Position numbers and translations under genes: made by a program. Source: an uncultured Nitrospiraceae bacterium (GTDB lineage: Bacteria > Nitrospirota > Nitrospiria > Nitrospirales > Nitrospiraceae). Taken from it: a stretch of 64,000 bases of DNA. Of the stretch, positions 40,643 through 50,602 are shown in pieces (positions within the stretch are counted from its first letter, which is position 1; the number at the start of each line of letters is the position of its first letter). The notes below the pieces were generated by a model. The model made no database searches. It was not told the DNA's origin and saw only the letters and a program-made list of their open reading frames with translations. The stretch covers positions 288,001 through 352,000 of the forward strand of contig CAVPLT010000004.1 of NCBI GenBank assembly GCA_963706325.1, given 5' to 3'.

Positions 40643-41818
40643 GTGACTACCTCTCGTAGCTTTTTCTACCTCTGCACCCTCGGCGTGTTTTGTTTCATCA
40701 GTTACAACCTTGTCCGCATGCCGGTGCTATCCCTATTCGCCGAATCATTGGGCGCTGGTCCGGAACGGATCGGGTTGATTGTGTCCGTCTCGACTATTAC
40801 CGGCGTGCTGCTGAAATTGCCCTCGGGAGCCCTCTCCGATATCTACGGGCGCAAGATGCTGCTACGCATCGGTGTGGTGGCATTCGGGCTCCCGCCGTTC
40901 ATCTATCCGTTTATCACGGACCTGAATGCCCTGACGGGATTGCGATTCGTGCACGGCCTCGCCACGGCGATCTTTGCGCCGAGCGCCCTAGCGACGGTGG
41001 CTGATCTGTACAAGGAACGGCGGGGGGCGGCCTTGGGCACCTATACGGCCTGTACCCAATCGGGCTCACTTCTTGGACCCTTTCTTGGAGGCTGGTTGGC
41101 CTATGAGGCGGGATTTTCTGCCGCGTTTGTAACCGCCGGGATGTTCGGCTGCATCGCCATCCTGATTTTTTTCAGCCTCCATTTGGATGAGCCGCCGCCC
41201 CGTGTGCGAGAAAAGGGCTTAGCGCAGGTCCTCGCCGAAATGGGCAAAGGTTTCCTTGCAGTGGCCCGCAATCGACGCGTGTTGATTACCAGTTCCACCG
41301 ATGCCGCCAAAATGATCGCCAACGGAGCCTTAATGGCGTTCCTGCCGCTGTATGGCCTCTCCGTTGGACTCAATCCGGGTGAAGTGGGCCTGCTGTTCAG
41401 CGTGCAGGCCGTGACCTCATTTTTATCCAAGCCAATCATGGGGCGCGTGTCGGATCGCGTGGGCCGGCAGCCGTTGATCGTGATCGGGCTGGTGATTTGT
41501 GCGGCGACCTTTATAAGCATGCCCTATGTGGGTTCGTTTACGGTATTGTTGGTGCTGTCGTCAGGATTCGGTTTTGGAGAGGCGGTGGTGTCATCGTCTT
41601 CCGCCGCCCTGGTGGCTGACAGTTCCGAATTCAAACGGTTGGGCGCGGGGATGGGCATGCAGGGCACGGTGATGGACATCGGACATGCCAGTGGCCCGCT
41701 GCTGGCCGGTTTGCTGATCGCCCATGCCAGCTACCAGAGCGCCTTTGCTGTCATTGCCGGTCTGCAAATACTGGCCGCCATCGCCTTTTGGGCTACGATG
41801 AGGACGATCCCGCGGTAG
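40643..41818 (+). CDS. MFS transporter
   Basis: GALSDIYGRK and GRVSDRVGRQ motif A; about 12 TM segments. Confidence 0.9.
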   Translation: MTTSRSFFYLCTLGVFCFISYNLVRMPVLSLFAESLGAGPERIGLIVSVSTITGVLLKLPSGALSDIYGRKMLLRIGVVAFGLPPFIYPFITDLNALTGLRFVHGLATAIFAPSALATVADLYKERRGAALGTYTACTQSGSLLGPFLGGWLAYEAGFSAAFVTAGMFGCIAILIFFSLHLDEPPPRVREKGLAQVLAEMGKGFLAVARNRRVLITSSTDAAKMIANGALMAFLPLYGLSVGLNPGEVGLLFSVQAVTSFLSKPIMGRVSDRVGRQPLIVIGLVICAATFISMPYVGSFTVLLVLSSGFGFGEAVVSSSSAALVADSSEFKRLGAGMGMQGTVMDIGHASGPLLAGLLIAHASYQSAFAVIAGLQILAAIAFWATMRTIPR

Positions 41819-41827
41819 TGTTATAAT
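41819..41827 (+). promoter_or_regulatory. Extended -10 promoter upstream of small ORF and ribE
   Basis: TGTTATAAT perfect TGn-TATAAT. Confidence 0.5.
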
Positions 41828-41871
41828 GCCGCCGAAATTTCTCCGACGAATTGACCAAATTTTTGAGAAGG

Positions 41872-41991
41872 ATGCTGGGAACGATGGATACGGATTTTAT
41901 CGAGATGCTGCAGCGCGGCATAGCCGCAGTCGGGGCCATTGGGTTACTGGGCTTTTGCCTGTATCTCCTGAACACTCGCAAAAGGAGTTAG
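41872..41991 (+). CDS. Small single-TM peptide (39 aa; alternative start 41884)
   Basis: MLGTMDTDFIEMLQRGIAAVGAIGLLGFCLYLLNTRKRS*; stop lies 2 nt before the ribE ATG; not in ORF track. Confidence 0.5.
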   Translation: MLGTMDTDFIEMLQRGIAAVGAIGLLGFCLYLLNTRKRS

Positions 41992-41993
41992 CC

Positions 41994-42650
41994 ATGTTCA
42001 GCGGTATCGTGGAGGAAATGGGCGCCGTCTCAATCCTGAATAGGGGACTGGCCGGTACGCGCCTGACCATCATTGCCTCGACCATCCTGGGCGACCTCGT
42101 CATCGGAGCGAGCGTGAGCGTGAACGGCACATGCCTGACCGCGATAGCGAAGAACGACCAAGATTTCTCCGTCGATGTCTCGCCGGAAACCCTTCAGGTC
42201 ACGACGCTCGGCAGTCTCACATCAGGCTCGCCTGTCAACCTGGAACGCGCCATGAAACTCAACGACAGGATCGGCGGGCACATGGTATCCGGGCATGTCG
42301 ATGGAATCGGGACCTTGCGCAGCAGGCATCAAGACGGCAATGCGCTAGTTCTTGAACTGGAAGCTCCTAAAGATATTTTGCGTCTTTGCGTCGCGAAGGG
42401 GTCGATCACGGTCGATGGGATTAGCTTGACGATCAACGAGGTCACCGAACGCTCATTTGTTGTCTCGATCATTCCACATACCGCCAAAGCCACCACGTTG
42501 GGACTGAAGCAGGTGGGCGACCGGGTAAATCTGGAGTCGGATCTTATCGGCAAGTATGTGGAACGCCTGCTTCAAGAACGCGGCATCCTTCCGCCGAAAC
42601 CAGCGCCGGTCATTGATAAGGATTATTTGAAAAAGCGAGGATTGATCTAG
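41994..42650 (+). CDS. ribE: Riboflavin synthase (alpha chain)
   Basis: MFSGIVEE, NGTCLT, VNLERA, GGHMVSGHVD; AAGGAG RBS. Confidence 0.95.
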   Translation: MFSGIVEEMGAVSILNRGLAGTRLTIIASTILGDLVIGASVSVNGTCLTAIAKNDQDFSVDVSPETLQVTTLGSLTSGSPVNLERAMKLNDRIGGHMVSGHVDGIGTLRSRHQDGNALVLELEAPKDILRLCVAKGSITVDGISLTINEVTERSFVVSIIPHTAKATTLGLKQVGDRVNLESDLIGKYVERLLQERGILPPKPAPVIDKDYLKKRGLI

Positions 42651-42771
42651 CGGGATGCTGAAAAAGGCCGCCAGCGGCCTTCTCATCACTCAGACCCTCA
42701 ACGTACTCAGAGGGTACGCCTCGGGCCTTCACTCGCTGCGGCTTTGCTGAACGGCCTTTTTGAGCATCCCG
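42651..42771. repeat. 121-bp MITE/REP-like element with terminal inverted repeats
   Basis: CGGGATGCTGAAAAAGGCCG ... CGGCCTTTTTGAGCATCCCG (19/20 complementary), inserted directly after the ribE TAG. Confidence 0.75.
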
Positions 42772-42911
42772 TGTATTTCGCTAACGGGCGAAGGCACTTG
42801 AAGATTTGCAGGTTCTGCCCGTGAATTGGCAGCTGCGTCTGAAGGGGGGTCGAAAGGGCATCAGCGGCGAATCTCCCTCGTCTGGACCGAGGGCGATGCC
42901 TGGCATGCAGT

Positions 42912-43300
42912 TCAATCAATGAAATTGCAGTTGGTCTTTGTAAACGCATTGATTTCGTCTTTGAGCAGTTCAATTTTTTCTGCCGCGGATACTCTTCCTT
43001 CCTGCTTCAGACTTGCTATTTTTGATCCATCCTAGGGACCTTTGCCACCAATTTCATGCACCGTTCTTTGTTCGCTTGGCGTTGGGCCTGATAGAAAAGA
43101 TCGTGCTGTGCTGCATGGGCCGTTTCCCCTTCGGATGACCCTTTCAGGTGCTACACTGCTTTCGTCAGTTTAATGATGGCCTCAGACGGGTGCAGCTGCA
43201 TCCTGCGAAACTCAGTGTTCTTCCTCCAAGCTATGGGCTCGGACGGATGGTGGGGCCAAGAGTAGGGCTGGGATAAGGAAGTGATCAGAAGCATGGTTAT
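42912..43300 (-). pseudogene. Possible decayed small exported protein gene
   Basis: Protein-like fragments across frames (FLIPALLLAPPSVRA; AQRQANKERCMKL; KIASLKQEGRVSAAEKIELLKDEINAF) broken by stops and shifts. Confidence 0.3.
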
Positions 43301-43351
43301 CCCTTGAGCCACCGGGACAGTCAGGAGGTATGTCGTTGAGCATAGGAGTGC

Positions 43352-43897
43352 TTACTTCACCACGAAGACTTTGGAATCCTCTCCCGAGGCAGTGGTCACC
43401 GTGAGCATGGTCAGGCCTTGGCGTTTGCCGCTTGGCACGGCGGCGGTGATCTGAGTAGGACTATCCAGCTTGAACCTCGCGGGATAGCCGGGACCGAACG
43501 ACAGTGAGCGCAGGCATTCGGCTGGGCCGAAGTTTCTTCCGGAGATCGTTACCTTGTCCCCGGCTTTGCCTTCATCCGGCATCACGGACTCGATCTTCGG
43601 CGCTTCGCCAAAACAGGCCTGTGCCTGAGCCGCTGTTTCTGCCGAGTTATATTTGGGCGCCGGACCCGTGGGTTTCACGACTGCAGACGATTTGGTTTTC
43701 TGGGTTCCGCTCTTCGCGGCTGATTTCTTTTCGGGAGCTTTCTTTGCCGCGGGCGTCTTGCTCGCTGCGGGCTGCGTTGCCTGCCCCGCCGGCTTCTTGG
43801 CCTCTTCTGCCGCGGCGGCATAGGACATTCCGCCCAGTAATATCAGCCCGATCGCCGTCGCGACCATGACACGTTTGTTGTCTTTCAACCTCTGCAT
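43352..43897 (-). CDS. Exported IPT/TIG domain protein with Lys/Ala linker
   Basis: GGGAGG RBS, signal peptide, PKIESVMP..G..GDKVTISGRNF, TQITAAVP. Confidence 0.75.
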   Translation of the reverse strand: MQRLKDNKRVMVATAIGLILLGGMSYAAAAEEAKKPAGQATQPAASKTPAAKKAPEKKSAAKSGTQKTKSSAVVKPTGPAPKYNSAETAAQAQACFGEAPKIESVMPDEGKAGDKVTISGRNFGPAECLRSLSFGPGYPARFKLDSPTQITAAVPSGKRQGLTMLTVTTASGEDSKVFVVK

Positions 43898-43952
43898 GAC
43901 CGGCCTCCCTGCACATCGTAAAAGATTGCCCACTGACTGAATACCAATCGTC

Positions 43953-45842
43953 TCAGTCTTCAATGGTCGAAATATCGCCTACATCCTGTCCCAATTCCTT
44001 GGCCTTCAGCACGCGACGCATGATCTTGCCGGAGCGTGTTTTCGGCAACGATGAGACAATGTCGATTTCCTGGGGGACGGCGATTTTCCCCAACTCCTTT
44101 AACACCTGATCTTTGAGCCCTTGCACCAGTTCCTTCGAGTCCTGGTAACCCTGCTTCAGAATGACAAAGGCCTTGATTGCTTCCCCGGCGGTGCGATGCG
44201 GTTTGCCGATGACCGCTGCTTCGGCCACGGCCTCATGACTGACAAGCGCGCTTTCGACTTCCGCGGTGCCGATGCGATTGCCGGCTACTTTAATCACGTC
44301 GTCTGCGCGGCCCATGAACCACATATATCCGTCGGGATCTTTTCGGCAGACATCTCCTGCCGTGTAACAGTTGGGAATTGTGTTCCAGTAGACTTTGTAG
44401 CGCTCGGGATCTTTGTAGATCGTCCGCATCATGGACGGCCATGGCTTCTTGATGACGGCAAACCCGCCGGCGTTGCTGGGGAGACTCTTGCCTTCCTTGT
44501 CCACTACGTCGGCCTCAATGCCGAGAAATGGGCGAGTGGCGGAGCCAGGCTTCAGTGGCACGGAGGGGAGGGGCGTGATCAAGATCGAGCCGGTTTCAGT
44601 CTGCCACCAGGTGTCCATGATGGGTTTGTCGCTACCCGTTACGCGATAGAACCATTCCCAGGCTTCCGGATTGATGGGTTCGCCCACGCTTCCGAGAATA
44701 CGGAGGGTAGAGAGATCGTACTTCTTGGGCCAGTCCTCGCCGTATTTCATGAGTAGTCGGATGGCCGTCGGCGTGGTGTAGAAAATTGAGACGCCATAGC
44801 GCTCGATCAGGTCCCACCAACGGCCCGGATTGGGATAGTCTGGCTTGCCTTCGGCCATGAGGATGGTTGCGCCGTTCAGAAGCGGGCCATAGACAATGTA
44901 GCTGTGTCCGGTGACCCAGCCGGGGTCAGCCACGCAGAAATAGACGTCTTCTTCCTTGAGATCGAACACGTATTTTGTCGTGATATAGGTGCCCACCATG
45001 TAGCCGCCGTGGACATGCACCACGCCTTTAGGTTTTCCGGTGGTTCCCGACGTATAGAGAATGTAGAGCGGGGTTTCCGAATCCAGCGGCTCGGCCTGAC
45101 AGACTGCCGCTTGTCCCTTCAACCACTCACGCCAATCGATTTCTTTGGGCTCTGCGAGGGCGACCCCCAGCGATTCACGCCGCACCACCACAATTTTTTC
45201 TACGGAGGGACAGGCTCGCACGGCATCATCGACGACGCTCTTGAGGTTGATGGTTTTCCCGCGATCATATCCGACGTCGGCCGTGATGACGAGGCGCGCT
45301 TCGGCATCTTGAATGCGGCTCGCCAGGGCGGGGGCGCTGAAGCCGGAGTAGATCACGCTGTGAATGACACCGATGCGGGCACAGGCCAGCATGGCGACGA
45401 CTTGTTCGGGAATCTTCGGGAGATAGATGGTGACCCGGTCGCCCTGTTGTAGGCCCAATGCCTTGAGCGCGTTGGCGCAGCGATTCACCTGGCGTAAGAG
45501 TTCTCCATAGGTGAAGATGCGTTCCTCGCCGTTCTCTCCAACCCAGATGATGGCAACTTTATTGCGGCGCCAGGTGTTCGCGTGGCGGTCCAAGCAGTTA
45601 TAGGCGATATTGCAGGTGGCGCCTACGAACCACTTTGCCCAGGGATAGTTCCACTCGAGCACTCGATTCCATGGCGAAAACCAATCGAGTTCCTTGGCCA
45701 CGTCGCTCCAGAACGCTTCCGGATCGGCGATGGAGGCCTTATAGGCTTGGTCGTAATCCTGAATATGCGCCGCCGCTTTCGTTCGAGCGGTCGGCTGTAT
45801 GACGCGACCCTCCTTTACCAGGGTATCGATCTTTTCATCCAT
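43953..45842 (-). CDS. acs: Acetyl-CoA synthetase
   Basis: YTSGTTGKPKG, VGEPIN, DTWWQTETG, PKTRSGKIMRR. Confidence 0.96.
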   Translation of the reverse strand: MDEKIDTLVKEGRVIQPTARTKAAAHIQDYDQAYKASIADPEAFWSDVAKELDWFSPWNRVLEWNYPWAKWFVGATCNIAYNCLDRHANTWRRNKVAIIWVGENGEERIFTYGELLRQVNRCANALKALGLQQGDRVTIYLPKIPEQVVAMLACARIGVIHSVIYSGFSAPALASRIQDAEARLVITADVGYDRGKTINLKSVVDDAVRACPSVEKIVVVRRESLGVALAEPKEIDWREWLKGQAAVCQAEPLDSETPLYILYTSGTTGKPKGVVHVHGGYMVGTYITTKYVFDLKEEDVYFCVADPGWVTGHSYIVYGPLLNGATILMAEGKPDYPNPGRWWDLIERYGVSIFYTTPTAIRLLMKYGEDWPKKYDLSTLRILGSVGEPINPEAWEWFYRVTGSDKPIMDTWWQTETGSILITPLPSVPLKPGSATRPFLGIEADVVDKEGKSLPSNAGGFAVIKKPWPSMMRTIYKDPERYKVYWNTIPNCYTAGDVCRKDPDGYMWFMGRADDVIKVAGNRIGTAEVESALVSHEAVAEAAVIGKPHRTAGEAIKAFVILKQGYQDSKELVQGLKDQVLKELGKIAVPQEIDIVSSLPKTRSGKIMRRVLKAKELGQDVGDISTIED

Positions 45843-46006
45843 GGCTATCATGCCTCCACAAAGCACAGGCCTTTCCTGTGTACCTTCATTGGTCGGTCGC
45901 ATTATGCGGATGGGCGAAAAGAACTGCAACCATTTGTGCGGTACAGTGCCCAAGTCCAAAAGTGACGAAGGCCGCATGGCGCAAGGTGAGGAGTGGCCGG
46001 GCTTTC

Positions 46007-46036
46007 TTGACAGTCGGGACGGGACGAGGGTAGGCT
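46007..46036 (+). promoter_or_regulatory. Sigma70 promoter candidate
   Basis: TTGACA-18-TAGGCT upstream of the caspase-TPR gene. Confidence 0.45.
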
Positions 46037-46068
46037 GAACGAGTCGCACTTCACTGGATTCACGCTCG

Positions 46069-47454
46069 ATGTCATCACTTGTCTCTCCCCCGGTATGTCG
46101 AACCTTCGCTCTCTTTTTTGCTCTCTCTGTTGCTGCAATGTGGGGCGACTCATTCTCAGCCCATGCACAGCTAGGAAAACCAGAGGGACTCTATTACAAG
46201 TCGTGGGCCGTGGTCGTCGGCATTGAAAACTATCTCGTGGCGCCAAAGGCTCCTGGCGCATTGGAAAGCGCGCATGGGGTGGCCGCGGCGTTGAGAGAAC
46301 TCGGTTTCGATGAAGTAATCGAGCTCCAGGACAAGGACGCAAGCTTTAAACGCCTCCTGCAAATTCTCAATGACTATTTACCGCGCAAAGTGGGACGACA
46401 AGATCGAGTAGTATTTTTCTTCGCAGGGCACGCTGGGATCGCACAAGACTCTCAATCCAAAGAGTTGGGCTACTTAGTTCCCTGGGACGCCCCCCTGACT
46501 CATGCCAGCAAAACCATCACACTTGATCATATTAAAGAGTTTAGCCGGCGCTCGGCATCGAAGCACATCCTCCTGCTGTTCGATGCCAATGTTCGAGGAT
46601 GGGAGATCACCGCCTCGCAACCATTATCGTTGGAAGGTCGACTATCACCAGAAGACGACACTGAGAAGCGCGCGGTCCAAGTTCTGACAGCTGCTGAAAA
46701 GGATGAAAAGGTGGCGCACGTTCCTGGGGTGAGCCCATTTGTGGAGGCTGTGGTCGCCGGTCTGAACGGCGCCGCTGATCTCAATAAGAATGGGTGGGTC
46801 ATGGCCAGTGAATTGGCGGCGCAGGTAAGGCAGGACGTAGAGACCGGTACCAAAGGGGCGCAACACCCGCAGTTTGTTCAGTTGGAAGGCGACGGGGATG
46901 TTGTGTTAGTCGAAGGCAAGAAAGGCTTATTTCACCTCGGGAAGGAGCCAACGAGTGAGGCGGACCGCATGAAGGAGGCCCGCACTCAATACGAACAAGC
47001 CTTTGCATTGCTGCAGCAACAAAAGTCGGCGGAGGAGGCTCTGGAGCGACTGAACCGCGCCATCGCCTATGATCCGTCATTCGGGGATGCGTACATTCTG
47101 AAGAGTTATGTTCGCCTGGAAGTCTTGCCCGATTTGGAGGAGGCCTTAGGGGCGGCGCAAGCGGCCGTGCAGTATGCGCCTCAGAATCCGGATTCGCATT
47201 ATTCGCTCGCGCTCGTACTGGAGGCCAAGGCCCGATACCACGATGCCGAGCTGGCTATGCAGCAAGCGCTCACCGTCAATCCGGCCTATGCGGATGTGTA
47301 CTTTTCACTGGGCGTGCTGTATGCGGACCACATGAACGAACCGCAGAAATCGGTTGACGCCTTCCGGCGGTATCTAGAATTAGGAGGGCAGAGCGAGCGT
47401 GCGACCCGCTCCGTGCAAGGCAGCAGTCCCCCTGCTGAGAAGCAAGGCCCTTAG
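46069..47454 (+). CDS. Exported caspase-like (C14, catalytic Cys missing) plus TPR protein
   Basis: AVVVGIENY, FFFAGH, LLFDAN instead of DAC, QHPQ, C-terminal TPRs. Confidence 0.8.
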   Translation: MSSLVSPPVCRTFALFFALSVAAMWGDSFSAHAQLGKPEGLYYKSWAVVVGIENYLVAPKAPGALESAHGVAAALRELGFDEVIELQDKDASFKRLLQILNDYLPRKVGRQDRVVFFFAGHAGIAQDSQSKELGYLVPWDAPLTHASKTITLDHIKEFSRRSASKHILLLFDANVRGWEITASQPLSLEGRLSPEDDTEKRAVQVLTAAEKDEKVAHVPGVSPFVEAVVAGLNGAADLNKNGWVMASELAAQVRQDVETGTKGAQHPQFVQLEGDGDVVLVEGKKGLFHLGKEPTSEADRMKEARTQYEQAFALLQQQKSAEEALERLNRAIAYDPSFGDAYILKSYVRLEVLPDLEEALGAAQAAVQYAPQNPDSHYSLALVLEAKARYHDAELAMQQALTVNPAYADVYFSLGVLYADHMNEPQKSVDAFRRYLELGGQSERATRSVQGSSPPAEKQGP

Positions 47455-47621
47455 TCCTTTCCCCCGCCTTTGAGATACCCCAGTCCGATCTTCATTGCCC
47501 GTCTAGTAATTTCTGGCCATCGCACCTGAGGATACTCCGCGAGCACCGCCGCGGCTTTGGGATCTTGGATATCGAGTTGCACGACTTTGATAATCCCGTC
47601 TTCAATTTGAACATCAGCCAT
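47451..47621 (-). CDS. Small hypothetical protein (56 aa)
   Basis: AAGGAG RBS; MADVQIEDGIIKVVQLDIQDPKAAAVLAEYPQVRWPEITRRAMKIGLGYLKGGGKD*; below ORF-track cutoff. Confidence 0.7.
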   Translation of the reverse strand: MADVQIEDGIIKVVQLDIQDPKAAAVLAEYPQVRWPEITRRAMKIGLGYLKGGGKD

Positions 47622-47695
47622 GTGCTCATACTCCTTACTGGTAATCCCGGTTCTCTTCGATCAATTGTGACGTCAACAGAATAACCGGTTGTGCG

Positions 47696-47724
47696 TTGAC
47701 AGTCTTTAGGGTGCATGTTAGCAT
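47696..47724 (+). promoter_or_regulatory. Sigma70 promoter candidate for lipoprotein operon
   Basis: TTGACA-17-TAGCAT with TG extension. Confidence 0.5.
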
Positions 47725-47856
47725 AAAATCCTGAATTTTCGCGCAATTGTGTGCTCTGTCACAATTGAACTTGACACGCCTGACACCGTCATCTTGCTCT
47801 CGCCGCACGCAACTGAGCCGTCAGCTCTCACATGCGCCACACCAAGGAGGAATCGT

Positions 47857-48423
47857 ATGAGCCGAGTAGAGGGGGCTTTTTCGAGGTTTGCCGGGAGCGC
47901 GCTGGCGCTCATGTTGTTGGTTGGGCTGGCTGCTTGCGGTGGTCCCCCAAACTGGGTCAAAAATGGATCGGGCGCCCTCAATGAGAAGAACGACAAGTCA
48001 TTCTATGGAGTCGGCTCCGTGGTCGGTGTGCGCAATGAGCCGTTGGCGTGGGACACGGCGGAGAACCGCAGCCGCGCAGAAATCGCCAAGACTTTCGAAA
48101 CCTACACCGCCTATCTTATGCGGGACTATGCCGCGTCGACGACCGCGGGTGATTTCTCACGCAATAGCGAAGAACAGAACATCGAACGGGCGGTAAAGAC
48201 CTTCTCGGCAGTGACATTGAACGGGGTGAAGCCCATGGCCAGGTATCATGATGAAAAATCGGGCGCGTACTATGTGCTGACGAAACTGAGCCTCGAAGAC
48301 ATGAAGAACAACCTGGAGCAGGCGAAAGAATTGAACGGCCAGGTTCGCGATTATGTGCGGAAGAATGCCGACCGGTTGTTCGACCGTCTCGAAAAGGAAG
48401 AGGATAAGCGGGCGACCCAGTAA
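47857..48423 (+). CDS. LPP20-family lipoprotein
   Basis: AAGGAGG RBS, LAAC lipobox, PNWV, FYGVG, A...R.EIAK. Confidence 0.75.
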   Translation: MSRVEGAFSRFAGSALALMLLVGLAACGGPPNWVKNGSGALNEKNDKSFYGVGSVVGVRNEPLAWDTAENRSRAEIAKTFETYTAYLMRDYAASTTAGDFSRNSEEQNIERAVKTFSAVTLNGVKPMARYHDEKSGAYYVLTKLSLEDMKNNLEQAKELNGQVRDYVRKNADRLFDRLEKEEDKRATQ

Positions 48424-48461
48424 TACGACAACGTTCATCTGTCAGGCCGGGAGGAGATGGC

Positions 48462-49091
48462 ATGATCCAGCAGTGGAAATGTTCGATGGGCCGGGCAGTA
48501 GCCGGTGTACTGTTGGTTGGCGCAGGCGTCGCACCCATCGGCTGCGGGCACGAAACGAAGGTCACCCGTGTCGATACGGGTATCGTCACGGATTTGAGTG
48601 GACGTTGGAACGACACCGATTCCCAAATGGTCGCCGATGCGATGGTCAAAGAAGCATTGGCCAACCCGTGGCTTGGCAACTTTACCAAAGGGAAGAATCG
48701 CGAGCCCGTGGTCATTGTCGGCACGGTGCTGAACAAAAGTCATGAGCATATCAATGTTCAGACATTCGTGAGCGATCTGGAGCGGGAACTCACGAATTCG
48801 CAGAAGGTCAGCTTCGTCGCGGGTAAAGGCGAACGAGAAGAAGTGCGCGACGAGCGGCGCGAACAAGCCGTGCATGCCCGCGAGGATACGCAGAAAGCCC
48901 CGGGTAAGGAGGTGGGCGCCGACTATATGCTGCGGGGGAGCATCGCCACCATTCTGGACGAGCAGGACGGTGCAAAGGCGGTGTTCTATCAGATCGACCT
49001 TGAGATGGTGGATATGGAGAATAATGTGAAGGCATGGTTCGGGCAAAAAAAAATTAAGAAAGTCATCGAAAGAAAACGAACGGTTTTTTAG
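48462..49091 (+). CDS. LpoB/CsgG-like lipoprotein (PBP activator family)
   Basis: IGC lipobox, DLSGRWND, NKSHEHI, GADYMLRGSI, KKIKK. Confidence 0.75.
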   Translation: MIQQWKCSMGRAVAGVLLVGAGVAPIGCGHETKVTRVDTGIVTDLSGRWNDTDSQMVADAMVKEALANPWLGNFTKGKNREPVVIVGTVLNKSHEHINVQTFVSDLERELTNSQKVSFVAGKGEREEVRDERREQAVHAREDTQKAPGKEVGADYMLRGSIATILDEQDGAKAVFYQIDLEMVDMENNVKAWFGQKKIKKVIERKRTVF

Positions 49092-49105
49092 CCCTGCGTA
49101 TTCTG

Positions 49106-50602
49106 TTGCGACCGCACCTCCCATCGACCACGGCCTCCTTTCAGGGAGGCCGTTTCATTTCGCCCCCTTCTGTGGTTCTCTTCATCATTGGACTGCTCGG
49201 GACGCTCTCCGGTTGTGGCCTTCCCACGAATCATTACCTGCTCATCGACCAGCGTTTGCTGGCGAACGATCCTCGTGGAGCCGATGCCGTCATGGCCAAG
49301 GCTGAGTCTGAGTACGGGTCGCGCAACCGTCTGCTGTACAGCATGGACCGAGGCATGACGCTCCACCTGGCGGGCGACTATGTCCAGAGTAATAGCCAAC
49401 TCGAAAATGCCGCGCTGGAGGTCGAGCGGTTATATACCAGAACCGTCCGGACGGAAACCGCCGGGTTCCTCACGAATGACAACATGTTGCCCTACGAAGG
49501 GGACGCCTATGAACATGTCATGGTCAACGTCATCAAAGCGTTGAATTATGCCGCCATGGGACAACTGATGGAGGCGGTCGTTGAGGCGCGACAGATCGAC
49601 CATCGCCTGAACGTCTTGTCGGACAAGGTGAAGGAAACGAACGGGTATCGCGAGGATGCGTTTGCCCGCTACCTCACCGGCGTATTGTACGAGGCGACAG
49701 GCGACATCAATAACGCCTTCATCGCGTACCGCAAGGCCTACGAGATTTACGATGCCACACGCGCCTGGGCTCGCACTCCCATGCCGTCGATGCTCCATGC
49801 GGATCTGCTTCGGACGACCGAGGCGCTTCACATGACCACCGAGTTCGAGGAGTACCGACGCCAGTTTCCCGAGACTCGCTGGGTCTCCACTCTCGAGCAT
49901 CCTGAGCTCGCTCAACTGGTCGTGATCAGTTATAATGGCCGCGCGCCGCACAAAGAGGATAACTATCTCGACCTTCCGGTTAGCCTGAGCGCGCTTCAAT
50001 TGGTGCTGCTGAATCGGGGCGTCATCCACGCGTCCAATCGGCAGGAGCGGCGGGCGGCGGACAGCGTGTTGTATGGCTTGAACGGACGCGTCGTCCGGGT
50101 GGCACTACCTCGGCTCATCCCCCAAAAGACACAAGTGCTCTATGAAGGTGTGACGTTGATACCGCGAGGCGGTGAGGCGATTTCTGGAAAATCCGAATTA
50201 ATGTACAACGGCACGGCGTTGGCGGAGAAGTCGTTGTCCGATCGGATGCCGGGTATTACAACGAAGGCACTGGCTCGAGCAGCCATCAAGTTTGCGGCTG
50301 CAGAGGGCGCGACACGCGGAGCACAGCACGCCGTGAATAAAGGTGATGCGCAGTGGGTTGGCCTTATCGTGGGACTGCTCGCTCATGGGCTGACCATCGC
50401 ATCGGAAGAGGCTGACAAACGCAGCTGGCGAACCCTGCCCGATGAAATTCAGATTTCGCGCCTGTGGGTGCCGGCGGGCGAATATGAGACCCGGACTCAG
50501 ACCGTGACTCGGACCGGTGGCGCGCCGCGCACCGTCGATACACGTCCGCTGGTCCTACGCGCGGGTCAGACCCTATTTGTGATCGAGCGGGTGGTGCTAT
50601 GA
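49106..50602 (+). CDS. COG3014-like TPR lipoprotein
   Basis: LSGC lipobox, PYEG..YE, ADKRSWRTLP. Confidence 0.75.
   Translation: MRPHLPSTTASFQGGRFISPPSVVLFIIGLLGTLSGCGLPTNHYLLIDQRLLANDPRGADAVMAKAESEYGSRNRLLYSMDRGMTLHLAGDYVQSNSQLENAALEVERLYTRTVRTETAGFLTNDNMLPYEGDAYEHVMVNVIKALNYAAMGQLMEAVVEARQIDHRLNVLSDKVKETNGYREDAFARYLTGVLYEATGDINNAFIAYRKAYEIYDATRAWARTPMPSMLHADLLRTTEALHMTTEFEEYRRQFPETRWVSTLEHPELAQLVVISYNGRAPHKEDNYLDLPVSLSALQLVLLNRGVIHASNRQERRAADSVLYGLNGRVVRVALPRLIPQKTQVLYEGVTLIPRGGEAISGKSELMYNGTALAEKSLSDRMPGITTKALARAAIKFAAAEGATRGAQHAVNKGDAQWVGLIVGLLAHGLTIASEEADKRSWRTLPDEIQISRLWVPAGEYETRTQTVTRTGGAPRTVDTRPLVLRAGQTLFVIERVVL

Noticed and set aside
41826..41993. FMN riboswitch or N-terminal extension of ribE
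   Set aside because: No FMN aptamer motifs seen; ribE begins at MFSG 41994 with its own RBS.
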